Shown here: one piece after another, positions 20,924-31,831 of the stretch
Layout of the letters: each line of letters begins with the position of its first letter
Position numbering within the stretch: position 1 is the first letter of the stretch
NCBI GenBank assembly: GCA_046045965.1
Contig: JBJOKS010000025.1
Location: 1-64,000, forward strand
Source: Cyanobacteriota bacterium
Lineage (GTDB): Bacteria > Cyanobacteriota > Cyanobacteriia > Cyanobacteriales > Nostocaceae
DNA length: 64,000 nucleotides
Direction: 5' to 3'
Translations under genes and position numbers: made by a program
Notes under the pieces: generated by a model
What the model was told of the DNA's origin: nothing
The model's input: only the letters and a program-made list of their open reading frames with translations
Databases searched by the model: none

Positions 20924-21769
20924 TTGGATGAACTAAGGGCTGTACTAGAGTTAGCAACTGAAGAAGAACTACAAGACTTAACAGCCATTCTGTTTAGTCG
21001 CAAATTTAATCCTTTAGATTATGTTCACACACCTGAACCTATTGAAGTGCAGAGCCAAGATCGTCAAGCTTGGTTAAATGCACTAGAAGACCGTTTTCGC
21101 TTTTTAGCGGCTGATGGGATCACGGTATTACGCGGACGCACTGATCAAGTAACTTACCGTCAAGCATTAATTCAAGTATGTAAGTATCTGAAAATTCCTT
21201 ATTATGACGAATTAGCAACCGTCGATTTAGAAGCAGAGGTATTTTTGCATCTTTTAGGAAAAGTATGGAAAAAGCTGCCAAAACAAGAACAGCAAAAAAT
21301 CACTACCAAGATCCAGAATCATTTGTTAACATCAGATGTTCAAAAACCATTACCCCTATCTTTACAAAAAGATCCTTTGGGATTAATTTTTAAAGGGGGT
21401 AGTGCTTTAGCTGTAACTTCCGTTATTCAACCTTATGTACTCAAACAAATTGCTCGTCAATTTGCTATTCATTTAGCCACCTATCAAGTTGCTAAGGAAG
21501 CTGCAATTACAGGTACACAAGTAGCCAGCAAACAGTTTCAAAACTATGTCACAGTACAGATGGCACGACGGGGAATGACTGTGAATGCAGCTCGGTATAG
21601 TGCAGTTCGCACAGTATTTGCTGTTGTTGGACCAATGATGTGGGCTTGGTTTTTTGCGGATTTGGGTTGGAGAGCAATTTCTACTAACTACGGTCGCATT
21701 ATTCCTACTATTTTCACCCTAGCTCAAATTCGTCTCACCCGTGCAGAAGAATGTTGGGAGTTAGCTTGA
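20924..21769 (+). CDS. YaaW family protein (TTG start)
   Basis: Conserved cyanobacterial MDELRAVLELATEEEL..TNYGRIIPTIF sequence, with GGAGG upstream. Confidence 0.8.
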   Translation: MDELRAVLELATEEELQDLTAILFSRKFNPLDYVHTPEPIEVQSQDRQAWLNALEDRFRFLAADGITVLRGRTDQVTYRQALIQVCKYLKIPYYDELATVDLEAEVFLHLLGKVWKKLPKQEQQKITTKIQNHLLTSDVQKPLPLSLQKDPLGLIFKGGSALAVTSVIQPYVLKQIARQFAIHLATYQVAKEAAITGTQVASKQFQNYVTVQMARRGMTVNAARYSAVRTVFAVVGPMMWAWFFADLGWRAISTNYGRIIPTIFTLAQIRLTRAEECWELA

Positions 21770-23076
21770 ACAAGGTTTTTTATCATCCTGATCCTAGTTT
21801 GCAATTCCCTTGGCAAAGCCTTCAATTTGGGTTACTTTTTTTCCCAATTAACCCCTTTTTGGGGGCTGTAACTATTTCTTTAGCATCATTAATAACTTGG
21901 GCTAAAAAATATCGCACAATTAGCCGTCATCCCCTCCACCAAGGATTTGCAATTTTAAGTTTATTGTTGTTGATAACTACTGGGTTTGCTGCTCATAAAT
22001 TAGAGGCTTTCCTGGGTTTATTCAACTTATTACCTTATTTTTTCGTATTTGCCGGTTTAACTTCCCTAATTAAAACACCTGCCCAATTACGGCGAATAGC
22101 TTGGATTATGATCATAGGTTCTTTACCTGTGGTAATTATCGGTTTTGGACAATTATTTTTAGGTTGGAGTTTTAAAATACAATTTCTTTGGGTGTTAATA
22201 GATTGGAACATTGCCCCTGGAGGAGAACCACCAGGACGCATGGCTTCTGTACTCATGCACGCCAATACTTTAGCCGCTTATTTGGTGACAGTTTTTATTT
22301 TGGGTTTGGGTTTATGGTTAGAAAACTATCAAAAACTCCAACAAAAAATCACAACTAATTACCGTGCCATTATTTTCTTAATAATAGCGGTAATTGCTAA
22401 TTTCCTCGCTTTGATTTTAACCAACTCTAGAAATGGTTGGGTAATAGCTATTATTACCTGTTTAGCTTATGCTTTTTATCAAGGTTGGCGGTTGATTGTT
22501 GCTGGTTTTTTGAGTATAGCCACTAGCATTATTTTAGCAGCTTTTGCACCTTCAGCGATCGCTCAATTTTTCCGTCGCTTTGTTCCTTATTTTATCTGGG
22601 CGCGGTTAAATGATGATATGTATCCCGATAGACCAGTGGCATTAATGCGAAAAACCCAGTGGGAATTTGCCTGGAATTTAACTCAACAACATCCTTTTAC
22701 TGGTTGGGGTTTACGCAGTTTTAGCGGTCTCTACAAAGCCAAAATGGAAACTGACTTAGGTCATCCCCACAACTTGTTTTTAATGCTATCTGCGGAAACA
22801 GGTTTAATTACCACTTTGTTATTTTGTGGTTTACTCTTATGGATTTTAATTAACTCTAGTCAACTACTATGGAAATCAAAATCTCTAGAACCAGAAAACA
22901 GAATCATCTTTTTTAGCTATCTACTGGCTTTTATCGGTTGGATACTTTTTAATACTGTTGATGTTACTACTTTTGATATTCGGTTAAGTACCCTATTTTG
23001 GGTGTTTTTGGCTGCCTTGTGTGGTGTAATCTATCAGTGTCAATCCCAAAACAAGAAGCAACAGGCAAGAGATTGA
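21751..23076 (+). CDS. O-antigen ligase family membrane protein
   Basis: Multi-TM protein with LTNSRNGW, PFTGWG and HPHNLFL motifs. Confidence 0.88.
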   Translation: MLGVSLNKVFYHPDPSLQFPWQSLQFGLLFFPINPFLGAVTISLASLITWAKKYRTISRHPLHQGFAILSLLLLITTGFAAHKLEAFLGLFNLLPYFFVFAGLTSLIKTPAQLRRIAWIMIIGSLPVVIIGFGQLFLGWSFKIQFLWVLIDWNIAPGGEPPGRMASVLMHANTLAAYLVTVFILGLGLWLENYQKLQQKITTNYRAIIFLIIAVIANFLALILTNSRNGWVIAIITCLAYAFYQGWRLIVAGFLSIATSIILAAFAPSAIAQFFRRFVPYFIWARLNDDMYPDRPVALMRKTQWEFAWNLTQQHPFTGWGLRSFSGLYKAKMETDLGHPHNLFLMLSAETGLITTLLFCGLLLWILINSSQLLWKSKSLEPENRIIFFSYLLAFIGWILFNTVDVTTFDIRLSTLFWVFLAALCGVIYQCQSQNKKQQARD

Positions 23077-23124
23077 GAAAAGAACTGATAACTGTAAAAT
23101 GGGTGTGTCCGTAATTAAAACCTT

Positions 23125-23646
23125 ATGCCTAGTACAGCTGATTTTCTCCAATACACCCAATGGTCAGGTATTGCGACGATAGTATTTGCAGTCCTGACAA
23201 TTTTGGCTTTCATCCTCAAATGGGGCTTCCGCTTTCGGCTGGTTGGTACTACAGGCTTTATGTTAGTGCTGACAGCTGGGTTATTTTCCCTGTCTTTAGT
23301 ACCTCTAAGTCGGACTGTGATTCCCGGAGCAATGAAGTACACTTTAGTTTATGACAATGGTTCTAACCAAGCAGTAATTGCTACTAACCCCCAGATTACC
23401 CCTACAGAATTAGAAGCAACTTTACGCCAAGCTGCTAGTAATCTCTATTCTTATGGACGCTTAGGTAGTAGAGGCAACAACTTACTGACAGTTCGCGCCC
23501 GTACTATAATCCACCCAGAACCAGGAATTTCTACACCAGTTTACTTAGGCAGGGTACAACGAACTTTAGCAAGTCGGGAAGACTCCGAAATGACAGTAGA
23601 AGTTTACCTTGACAAATTTGCTCAATTACCACAACCCCAGGCTTAA
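23125..23646 (+). CDS. ycf51: Ycf51 family protein
   Basis: WGFRFRLVGTTGF, VYDNG and LEATLRQAASNL motifs. Confidence 0.9.
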   Translation: MPSTADFLQYTQWSGIATIVFAVLTILAFILKWGFRFRLVGTTGFMLVLTAGLFSLSLVPLSRTVIPGAMKYTLVYDNGSNQAVIATNPQITPTELEATLRQAASNLYSYGRLGSRGNNLLTVRARTIIHPEPGISTPVYLGRVQRTLASREDSEMTVEVYLDKFAQLPQPQA

Positions 23647-23647
23647 A

Positions 23648-23721
23648 TCAGTTATCAGTTATCAGTTATCAGTTATCAGGTAATTGGTAATTGGTAATTG
23701 GTAATTGGTAATTGGTAATTG
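23648..23721. repeat. STRR arrays (CAGTTAT)n and (GGTAATT)n
   Basis: Tandem heptamers read directly from the sequence. Confidence 0.85.
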
Positions 23722-24009
23722 GGAAATAAGGGAACTCTTAACAGGGAACAGAAGGCAAAAGTTAATATTCTCCCCCTGCTTCCCCTACCTCCCCTGCTTT
23801 CTTAAGAGTCCCCAGTCCCCAAAGAAAATATTTTTTTTGTGACTTACAATACAAGAAAGAGAATTTGTATATTAAGATGTTGAAACTTCAGAATTTTTAC
23901 CATCGGCAATAGTTTTCTATTGATGTGGCAACAAGAACCCTTAATCATCAGACTAATCAGACTAATCTGTTTGATGAAAAAATATCAATTTTTGACATAA
24001 TAGCTGATT

Positions 24010-25158
24010 ATGCTTAATCAATCTTCTACTCAAACTTTGTCTACTCAAACCTCTAGTTCATTATTAACACTGACAGTTGCTCCCGCTCAAGTCGTCCGGG
24101 GTGCGGGTGTGTTGCATTCCATACCCGGAGAAATTGCCCATTTGGGAACTCGTCCTTTAATTGTGGCAGGAAACCGCACTCTCAGTATTTGCCAAGAAAG
24201 TTTACAACCCATTCTCCTGGCGGAACATTTAGATACTGCCACGGTTTCCTATGGTGCAGATTGCTGTGAAACCAGTCTGAAAGCCTTACACAAAGCGGCC
24301 AAGGAACATAAAGCAGATGTGATTATTGGTGTGGGTGGTGGTAAGGCGTTAGATACAGCTAAGTTAGTCGGTCATCAATTGCAGTTACCAGTTGTCACAA
24401 TTCCTACTTCTGCGGCTACTTGTGCAGCGTGGACGGCTTTATCTAATGTATATTCAGAGTCAGGGGCGTTTTTGTATGATGTGGGTTTGTCGCGCTGTCC
24501 TGATTTGCTGATTTTGGATTATGATTTAATTAAGACTGCACCCCAACGGACTTTAGTGGCTGGTATTGGAGATGCGATCGCTAAATGGTATGAAGCATCC
24601 GTTAGTAGTGGTCATTTGCAAGATACATTAATTATTGCCGCAGTCCAACAAGCACGAGTTTTACGAGATATCCTGTTACAAAAATCTGCCGCTGCTTTAC
24701 AATCTCCTGGGAGTGAAGTTTGGCAAGAAGTTGTTGATGCAACTGTATTATTAGCTGGTGTTATTGGTGGATTAGGTGGCGCACAATGTCGCACTGTGGC
24801 CGCCCATGCTGTCCATAATGGGTTAACTCATATTTCTGGACATGGCAGCATTCATGGAGAAAAGGTCGCTTATGGTATTTTAGTACAACTGCGATTAGAA
24901 GAAATGCTCCAAGGTAATCAACTTGCAGATGCAGCTAGACAGCAGTTATTAAAGTTTTATGCAGAGATTGGACTACCGCAAAAATTAGCAGATTTGGGAT
25001 TAGGTAATATCACTTTGACCCAGTTACAAACAGCCGCAGAAATTACCCTAGCACCAAATTCTGATATTCACCGTTTACCTTTTCCCGTAGTGTCAGAACA
25101 GTTAATGGCCGCAATGATTTCTACCACTGCACCACACCAATTAAAAGTTAAAAATTAA
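24010..25158 (+). CDS. Iron-containing alcohol/glycerol dehydrogenase family protein
   Basis: GVGGGKALDTAK, IPTSAATCA, AHAVHNG and HGEKVA motifs. Confidence 0.9.
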   Translation: MLNQSSTQTLSTQTSSSLLTLTVAPAQVVRGAGVLHSIPGEIAHLGTRPLIVAGNRTLSICQESLQPILLAEHLDTATVSYGADCCETSLKALHKAAKEHKADVIIGVGGGKALDTAKLVGHQLQLPVVTIPTSAATCAAWTALSNVYSESGAFLYDVGLSRCPDLLILDYDLIKTAPQRTLVAGIGDAIAKWYEASVSSGHLQDTLIIAAVQQARVLRDILLQKSAAALQSPGSEVWQEVVDATVLLAGVIGGLGGAQCRTVAAHAVHNGLTHISGHGSIHGEKVAYGILVQLRLEEMLQGNQLADAARQQLLKFYAEIGLPQKLADLGLGNITLTQLQTAAEITLAPNSDIHRLPFPVVSEQLMAAMISTTAPHQLKVKN

Positions 25159-25254
25159 AAATCGGTAATTGCTAATTGGTAATGGGTAGTTGGTAAAATT
25201 TCATCTATTCCCCAGTCCCTTCCAGTCCCCCATCCCCTATATCGAGGTTTGAGA

Positions 25255-26460
25255 ATGAGTTTGAGTTGGATTACTCCCGCAGAACGTGTACAAAAATTGC
25301 CTCCTTATGTTTTTGCCCGCTTGGATGAACTGAAGGCAAAGGCCAGGGAACAAGGACTGGATTTAATTGATTTGGGGATGGGAAACCCCGATGGACCCAC
25401 ACCTCAACCGGTGGTAGAAGCAGCGATCGCAGCTTTGCAAAATCCCGCTAATCACGGTTATCCACCCTTTGAAGGTACAGCTAATTTCCGCAAGGCAATT
25501 ACTAAATGGTACAATCGCCGTTATGGTGTAGTTTTAGATCCTGATAGTGAAGCGTTGCCTTTGCTTGGTTCTAAGGAAGGTTTAGGACATTTAGCGATCG
25601 CCTACATCAATCCTGGTGATATTGTTTTAGTACCTTCACCCTCTTACCCTGTCCATTTCCGTGGTCCTATCATCGCTGGTGGAGTGATTCACAGTTTAAT
25701 TCTCAAAGAAGAAAATAACTGGTTAATTGATTTAACAACCATTCCCGATGAAGTAGCTAGAAAAGCCAAAATTCTCTATTTCAATTATCCCAGTAACCCC
25801 ACCGCAGCTACCGCACCCCGTGAATTTTTTGAAGAAATAGTTGCTTTTGCTAAAAAGTATGAAATTCTTTTAGTGCATGACTTATGTTATGCAGAATTAG
25901 CTTTTGATGGTTATCAACCTACCAGCTTGTTAGAAATTCCCGGTGCAAAAGATATCGGTGTGGAATTTCACACTTTATCAAAAACCTATAATATGGCAGG
26001 TTGGCGCGTTGGTTTTGTGGTAGGAAATCGTCATGTTATCCAAGGTTTAAGAACCTTAAAAACTAACTTAGATTATGGCATTTTTTCCGCCTTACAAACA
26101 GCCGCAGAAACCGCTTTAGAATTGCCAGATTCTTATTTACACGAAGTTCAACAACGTTATCGTACCCGTCGAGATTTTCTCATTGATGGTTTAGGGAAAT
26201 TAGGCTGGAATATTCCCAAAACTGAAGCCACAATGTACCTCTGGGTTAAATGTCCTGTAGGTATGGGTTCTACAGATTTTGCTTTGAATGTACTGCAACA
26301 AACAGGTGTGGTTGTTACTCCTGGTAATGCTTTTGGTCCAGGTGGTGAAGGCTATGTGAGAATTAGTTTAATTGCAGATTGCGATCGCTTGGGTGAAGCT
26401 TTACAAAGATTCAAAGAAGCAGGAATTTGTTATCAACAGGAAGCGGTAGTTTCTGTGTAA
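25255..26460 (+). CDS. Class I/II PLP aminotransferase (aspartate or LL-DAP aminotransferase-like)
   Basis: DLGMGNPD, NYPSNPT, HDLCY and SKTYNMAGWRVG motifs. Confidence 0.92.
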   Translation: MSLSWITPAERVQKLPPYVFARLDELKAKAREQGLDLIDLGMGNPDGPTPQPVVEAAIAALQNPANHGYPPFEGTANFRKAITKWYNRRYGVVLDPDSEALPLLGSKEGLGHLAIAYINPGDIVLVPSPSYPVHFRGPIIAGGVIHSLILKEENNWLIDLTTIPDEVARKAKILYFNYPSNPTAATAPREFFEEIVAFAKKYEILLVHDLCYAELAFDGYQPTSLLEIPGAKDIGVEFHTLSKTYNMAGWRVGFVVGNRHVIQGLRTLKTNLDYGIFSALQTAAETALELPDSYLHEVQQRYRTRRDFLIDGLGKLGWNIPKTEATMYLWVKCPVGMGSTDFALNVLQQTGVVVTPGNAFGPGGEGYVRISLIADCDRLGEALQRFKEAGICYQQEAVVSV

Positions 26461-26465
26461 TTAAC

Positions 26466-26492
26466 GTAGGGGTAGCGCCCCCGTGCCTACCC
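26466..26492. repeat. GTAG-type REP-like hairpin between convergent genes
   Basis: GTAG followed by a GGGTAG..CTACCC stem. Confidence 0.55.
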
Positions 26493-26516
26493 ATTTTTAA
26501 TGTTTAAACTCACCTG

Positions 26517-27362
26517 TTAAATATCATCAGGATTAACACCCAAAGACCTTAAATAAGCTGCTAACTTCTCCTTTTGTTGTCGTTCTTTTTCAGCTATTTC
26601 TTCCGCTTGTTGCTGTGCTAGTTTTGCTTGTTGGGCAATTTCTTCCGCTTCTAAGCGGGCTTGTTTTTCAACAATAGCCCTTTCATCACCAGTTAACAAC
26701 AAATTCCCCCCATCATCCCACCAACGTACCCAAGGTACACCGTCATCTTCTATTAAACCTAATTCCACACCCATAGGAGAAATTGGAAAATGTCCTCTTT
26801 CATTAGGTTGAATTTGTTGATAACTACCATCTACTAAACGATAAACTTCTAGTAACGCTTTTCTCGCTTCAAAAATTGCATAAAAAGGAATACGAATTGC
26901 TTGTTCATAAACCCAAAATTTCCCAGCTTTTTCCGTTGCACTGGGAGGAGTTTGATCTCTTTCTTCTTCCCCATTTCCTGACACAAACTCAATAGCAATT
27001 AATGGCGCTATAAATTCTTTCCATAACACATAGGAACGACGATAGTCTCCATTTAGTTTTGGTGGTACATTAGGGACATAAAACCAATCTGGAGCTTCTG
27101 CACCTTTTTCTGGTGGGTCTGTTAACCGCCAATAAATACCGCTATCCTGACCAATACAATAGTTACCATCAGGATGTATTTTTTGTAAAATTGGTTCAAT
27201 GGAACTGGTTAAAACAATACTTTGGGGATGTTCCTGGAAGTTCTTCACAAATGTTCCGTCTGAATCAGGTAGTTGTGTATGATCTGGTAATGTGAATTTA
27301 GGTGTATGAATATCTTTAACTGTGGGAGTAGTGGGGTTTATCACTGCTTGAGTGCTTTCCAT
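26517..27362 (-). CDS. Uma2 family (DUF820) endonuclease-like protein
   Basis: APDWFYV, PLIAIEFVS, KFWVYEQ motifs and a coiled-coil tail ending LRSLGVNPD. Confidence 0.92.
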   Translation of the reverse strand: MESTQAVINPTTPTVKDIHTPKFTLPDHTQLPDSDGTFVKNFQEHPQSIVLTSSIEPILQKIHPDGNYCIGQDSGIYWRLTDPPEKGAEAPDWFYVPNVPPKLNGDYRRSYVLWKEFIAPLIAIEFVSGNGEEERDQTPPSATEKAGKFWVYEQAIRIPFYAIFEARKALLEVYRLVDGSYQQIQPNERGHFPISPMGVELGLIEDDGVPWVRWWDDGGNLLLTGDERAIVEKQARLEAEEIAQQAKLAQQQAEEIAEKERQQKEKLAAYLRSLGVNPDDI

Positions 27363-27440
27363 AATAACTCCAGAATATACATTGAATTAATTTTAACATA
27401 ACAGTAGGAATTGATAATTGCTAAATGCAAATAATTTTAA

Positions 27441-27803
27441 TTGTCAGAATCAGGATATCCAGGATTTAAGGATTTTCAGGATAGGGGTTTATTTGTTATT
27501 GTTCAGATTTTAATTGTCAGAATCAAAATTTATGATGATTAATTATAAATGAATAGAATGTCATGCAGTAAATCTTAATAAATGAAGATCATTAAACATC
27601 AGATTTTCAGAATATCAATAACCAATTTATCAAATAATTGAAGAAAATAGACATTACAAAAATCCTGTAAATCCTCAAATCCTGTAAATCCTGATTCAGA
27701 CAATATTTAATAGTTGGTTTCACACAAATACGCAAAGTAAAACCAGAAATTAATCAATAACATCCTGAAAATCCTTAAATCCTGGACATCCTGATTCAGA
27801 CAA
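27441..27803. repeat. Long inverted-repeat element (42-bp arms) with a nested partial pair
   Basis: 27441-27482 and 27762-27803 match at 40/42 as an inverted pair. Inner arms lie near 27513 and 27661-27703. Confidence 0.85.
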
Positions 27804-27919
27804 AAATAATCTGCGTTTATCTGCGTTCATTTGCGTTTTCTATCCTGTAAATCCTAATTCACATAAAAAAGCTATAATACGATATTAATAAAATTGCCCC
27901 CTGATATTATTACAAATTA

Positions 27920-28243
27920 ATGATCACCCCCACAACTACACCTCCAAGCCTAATTATTGCCGGCTTTCACGCCCTATCTGACCCCATTAGAATTAGTGTT
28001 ATAGAATTACTACGTCACCGTGAACTCTGTGTATGTGACTTATGCGATACTTTAGAAATAACTCAATCAAAACTATCTTTTCACCTGAAAAACCTGAAAG
28101 AAGCAAATCTCGTTAATTCCCGTCAAGAAGGACGCTGGATTTATTATAGTCTGAATTTACCCCAATTTCAGCTTTTAGAACATTATTTAGCTGATATTCA
28201 CCGTAATTCTGTATTATCTCCCTCTCGTTTTTATTGTGAGTAA
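27920..28243 (+). CDS. arsR: ArsR family repressor
   Basis: ALSDPIR..ELCVCDL..SKLSFHL motif, located ahead of ars genes. Confidence 0.93.
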   Translation: MITPTTTPPSLIIAGFHALSDPIRISVIELLRHRELCVCDLCDTLEITQSKLSFHLKNLKEANLVNSRQEGRWIYYSLNLPQFQLLEHYLADIHRNSVLSPSRFYCE

Positions 28244-28286
28244 GCAAAACTGGGAACACCTCTTCCCAGTCGTCACTACCCAATCC

Positions 28287-28360
28287 ATCAATTTTTCTTG
28301 ATTAATTTTTGTGTACCATGTTATCCTGGTGCTTGACATATCAATTTTTTTTGAAATGAT
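28287..28360 (+). promoter_or_regulatory. Two ArsR-type operator repeats flanking a TTGACA -35 box
   Basis: ATCAATTTTTCTTGAT (28287) and ATCAATTTTTTTTGAA (28340), with TTGACA at 28333. Resembles the Synechocystis arsBHC operator repeat as I recall it. Confidence 0.75.
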
Positions 28361-28399
28361 GTATACATAACTTGAACAGCAACTATACAGGTAAAGCCA

Positions 28400-29455
28400 G
28401 TGAAAGCAGCTGCACAGAGATTAGTTATCACGGTGGGAATGTTATTAGCAACCAGTTGTAGCAGTACACCTGAGACTTCCAGCAACATTCAGCAGTCACC
28501 ACAAGCAACAAACGTTGCTAATTCTCAAACCACAACAGTCATCAAAATTGATGGTTCTAGTACAGTATATCCGATTACCCAGGCGATCGCCAAAGATTTT
28601 CCAGCAACAACCACAAATAATACCCAAGTCCAGGTGAACATTTCCGGTACTGGCGGAGGGTTTGAAAAATTCTGTACTGGTAATATAGATATAAATAATG
28701 CCTCACGACCAATTTCTCAAGCAGAGATGGGAGAATGTAACAAAAATGATATTAGGTACATAGAATTACCCATAGCCTTTGATGCCTTAACTATTGCAGT
28801 ACATCCCCAAAACGACTGGGCAAAAGACATTACAGTAGCAGAATTAAAAAAGATATGGGAACCTGCTGCTGAAGGAAAAATTACCCGTTGGAATCAAATA
28901 CGTAGTTCTTGGCCAGATCGTCCCCTGAATTTGTACGGTGCTGGTAAAAAATCTGGTACTTTTGATTACTTTACAGAAGCAATAGTTGGTCAAGAAAAAG
29001 CCAGTCGTAATGACTACACAGCAAGCGAAGACGATGATGTTTTAGTTGACGGTATCAATAAAGACCCTAACGCCTTGGGTTATTTTGGCTATGCTTACTA
29101 TGAAAAAAACCAAGATAAGTTAAAAGTGGTAGCTGTTAATAACGGTAAAGGTGCAGTTTTACCATCACAAGAAACTGTGGAGAATTCCAAATATCAACCA
29201 CTTTCTCGGCCTTTATTTATCTATGTCAATTTGTGGTCTAGTCAAAACAGAGGAGAAGTTTATAAATTTGTAGATTTCTATCTGCAAAAAGCACCAAAAA
29301 TTGTTAACTCTGTAGGTTCTGTACCTTTACCAGATGAGGCTTACAAAATAGATTATGTGCATTTACATAATGGTAAAGCAGGAACAGTATTTGCTGGTAA
29401 ACCACAATTTGATTTAACCATTGGGGAATTATTACGTAAACAAAAAGAATTTTAG
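28400..29455 (+). CDS. pstS: PstS/SphX-family phosphate-binding lipoprotein
   Basis: Lipobox ATSC and [29 protein letters not shown] and [11 protein letters not shown] motifs. Confidence 0.93.
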   Translation: MKAAAQRLVITVGMLLATSCSSTPETSSNIQQSPQATNVANSQTTTVIKIDGSSTVYPITQAIAKDFPATTTNNTQVQVNISGTGGGFEKFCTGNIDINNASRPISQAEMGECNKNDIRYIELPIAFDALTIAVHPQNDWAKDITVAELKKIWEPAAEGKITRWNQIRSSWPDRPLNLYGAGKKSGTFDYFTEAIVGQEKASRNDYTASEDDDVLVDGINKDPNALGYFGYAYYEKNQDKLKVVAVNNGKGAVLPSQETVENSKYQPLSRPLFIYVNLWSSQNRGEVYKFVDFYLQKAPKIVNSVGSVPLPDEAYKIDYVHLHNGKAGTVFAGKPQFDLTIGELLRKQKEF

Positions 29456-29471
29456 TGAGAAAGTTGTATTC

Positions 29472-30632
29472 ATGACTATTAATCATTCAGAAAATCAAGC
29501 ACCAGTTAAAGCCGGAAGTAGATTGAGTTTTTTTGAAAAATACCTCACAGTGTGGGTGTTTTTTTGCATCTTGATAGGAATTGGATTAGGAAAATTATTT
29601 CCTACAATAGCAGTGACATTAGATGCAATGAGTATCTATCAAGTGTCTATTCCTATCGCTTTATGTCTATTTTTTATGATGTATCCCATCATGGTAAAAA
29701 TAGACTTTACCCAAGCTGCAAATGCACTACGAACACCAAAACCTGTAATTCTCACCTTGGTAATGAATTGGTTAATTAAACCATTCACAATGGTAGTATT
29801 TTCTCAATTCTTTTTAGGTTGGTTATTCAAACCTTTAATTATTGGTACAGAAATAATTAGAGGTGGTGAAGTTAGTTTAGCTAATTCCTATATTGCTGGG
29901 ACAATTTTATTAGGAATAGCACCCTGTACAGCAATGGTATTAATGTGGGGATATCTTTCCTATGGAAATCAAGGACATACATTAGTAATGGTAGCAGTAA
30001 ATTCTCTGACTATGCTATTTTTGTATGCACCTTTAGGACGATGGTTATTAGCAGCAAATGATTTAACAGTACCTTGGCAAACTATTGTTTTATCAGTTGT
30101 AATCTATGTTGGTTTGCCTTTAGCAGCAGGGATGTATAGCCGTTATTGGATTTTTAAATATAAAGGTAGAGAATGGTTTGAAAGAGAATTTTTAAAATAT
30201 CTCTCTCCTGTAGCTATTTCTGCCTTGTTAATTACTTTAGTGTTACTCTTTGCTTTCAAAGGAGAATTGATTGTTAAAAATCCCTTGCACATTTTGTTAA
30301 TTGCTGTTCCTTTGTTTATCCAAACTAATTTTATTTTCTTGATTAGTTATGTAGGGGGACTGAAATTAAATTTGGTTTATGAAGATGCAGCACCAGCGGC
30401 TTTAATTGGTGCTAGTAATCATTTTGAAGTTGCTATAGCTACTGCTGTAATGTTATTTGGTTTAAATTCTGGTGCAGCATTAGCAACAGTTGTAGGGGTT
30501 TTAATTGAAGTCCCAGTAATGTTGATGTTGGTTGAATTTTGTAAACGCACAGCAGCTTGGTTTCCCAGAGAACCACATAAAGCTACTTTACGAGATCCGC
30601 GTTGTATAAATGCTTTTGGTGCTGATAATTAG
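29472..30632 (+). CDS. acr3: Acr3-type arsenite efflux pump
   Basis: [22 protein letters not shown] and [10 protein letters not shown] motifs. Confidence 0.95.
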   Translation: MTINHSENQAPVKAGSRLSFFEKYLTVWVFFCILIGIGLGKLFPTIAVTLDAMSIYQVSIPIALCLFFMMYPIMVKIDFTQAANALRTPKPVILTLVMNWLIKPFTMVVFSQFFLGWLFKPLIIGTEIIRGGEVSLANSYIAGTILLGIAPCTAMVLMWGYLSYGNQGHTLVMVAVNSLTMLFLYAPLGRWLLAANDLTVPWQTIVLSVVIYVGLPLAAGMYSRYWIFKYKGREWFEREFLKYLSPVAISALLITLVLLFAFKGELIVKNPLHILLIAVPLFIQTNFIFLISYVGGLKLNLVYEDAAPAALIGASNHFEVAIATAVMLFGLNSGAALATVVGVLIEVPVMLMLVEFCKRTAAWFPREPHKATLRDPRCINAFGADN

Positions 30633-30656
30633 TTGATTAAGATTTAGGATAAAACG

Positions 30657-30686
30657 AACCGCAGAGGCGCAGAGGTCGCAGAGAAA
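30657..30686. repeat. (CGCAGAG)-type dispersed repeat
   Basis: AACCGCAGAGGCGCAGAGGTCGCAGAGA. Confidence 0.6.
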
Positions 30687-30735
30687 TGAGAGTTTTAGAG
30701 ATATTTTTGGTTAGTGTTTTTTATCTATAATTGCC

Positions 30736-31386
30736 ATGACAAGTTTTGATCATCTACCGAGAATTTTGTTTTTATATGGTTCTTTGCGAGAACGTTCTTA
30801 CAGTCGTTTGTTAGCTGAAGAAGCAGCAAGAATTATTACAGATTTTGGTGCAGAAGTGCGTTTTTTTAATCCGCATGAATTACCAATTTATGGTAGTGTT
30901 CCTGATACTCATCCTAAAGTTCAAGAATTGCGAGAATTGAGTATGTGGTCAGAAGGTCAAGTTTGGTCTTCACCGGAAATGCACGGTAATATAACTGGAA
31001 TTCTGAAGAATCAAATTGATTGGATTCCTTTAAGTATTGGTGCAGTTAGACCGACTCAAGGTAGAACTTTAGCAGTTATGCAAGTTAGCGGTGGTTCTCA
31101 GTCTTTTAATGCTGTGAATACAATGCGGATTTTAGGGCGTTGGATGCGAATGTTTACCATTCCTAATCAATCTTCCGTAGCAAAAGCTTATCAAGAATTT
31201 CATGAAGATGGAACAATGAAAGATTCTGCTTATCGTGACCGAGTAGTTGATGTTATGGAAGAATTATATAAGTTTACTTTGCTGTTGCGTAATCAAGTTG
31301 ATTATTTAACTGACCGCTACAGTGAACGCAAGGAAAAGGCAGCTAAAGCAGCTATTCAATTAGCTAATAATGCTTTGAAATTATAA
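30736..31386 (+). CDS. arsH: NADPH-dependent FMN reductase ArsH
   Basis: [10 protein letters not shown] and [13 protein letters not shown] motifs. Confidence 0.96.
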   Translation: MTSFDHLPRILFLYGSLRERSYSRLLAEEAARIITDFGAEVRFFNPHELPIYGSVPDTHPKVQELRELSMWSEGQVWSSPEMHGNITGILKNQIDWIPLSIGAVRPTQGRTLAVMQVSGGSQSFNAVNTMRILGRWMRMFTIPNQSSVAKAYQEFHEDGTMKDSAYRDRVVDVMEELYKFTLLLRNQVDYLTDRYSERKEKAAKAAIQLANNALKL

Positions 31387-31419
31387 ACGGTTGTTCATTA
31401 ACAAATAACAAATTACATC

Positions 31420-31815
31420 ATGAAAAAGGTAATGTTTGTCTGCAAGAAAAATTCTCGTCGTTCCCAAATGGCTGAGGGTTTTGCTAAAACTTTAGGAGAG
31501 GGTAAAATTGCTGTTTTTAGTTCAGGTTTAGCATCAAGTGAAGTAGACCCAATTTCTGTACAAGTGATGTCAGAACTAGGCATTGATATTAGTAATCAAA
31601 CTTCTAAAGCATTAAGTGATTTTAATCCTAATGATTTTAATGCTGTGATTTCTTTATGTGGTTGTGGTGTGAATTTACCTCAAGAATGGGTGTTAAGAGA
31701 TGTGTTTGCAGATTGGCAACTTGATGATCCTGAAGGTCATGATATTGACACTTTCCGTCGTGTAAGGGATGAGGTGAAGGAAAGAGTTATTCAGTTAATT
31801 GCTTCTTTGAGTTAA
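31420..31815 (+). CDS. arsC: Arsenate reductase, LMW-PTP fold (cyanobacterial glutaredoxin-type)
   Basis: CX5R loop (CKKNSRR), LCGCG and DWQLDDP motifs. Confidence 0.95.
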   Translation: MKKVMFVCKKNSRRSQMAEGFAKTLGEGKIAVFSSGLASSEVDPISVQVMSELGIDISNQTSKALSDFNPNDFNAVISLCGCGVNLPQEWVLRDVFADWQLDDPEGHDIDTFRRVRDEVKERVIQLIASLS

Positions 31816-31831
31816 GAAAGCCTTCTTAAAG

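Noticed and set aside
23839..23878. NtcA-activated promoter upstream of the dehydrogenase (GTG-N8-TAC, then TAAGAT)
   Set aside because: The left half-site is non-consensus and the spacing is 20 bp. Too weak to call.
29421..29471. Extended acr3 N-terminus overlapping pstS
   Set aside because: The ATG at 29472, just after the pstS stop, fits the family length better.
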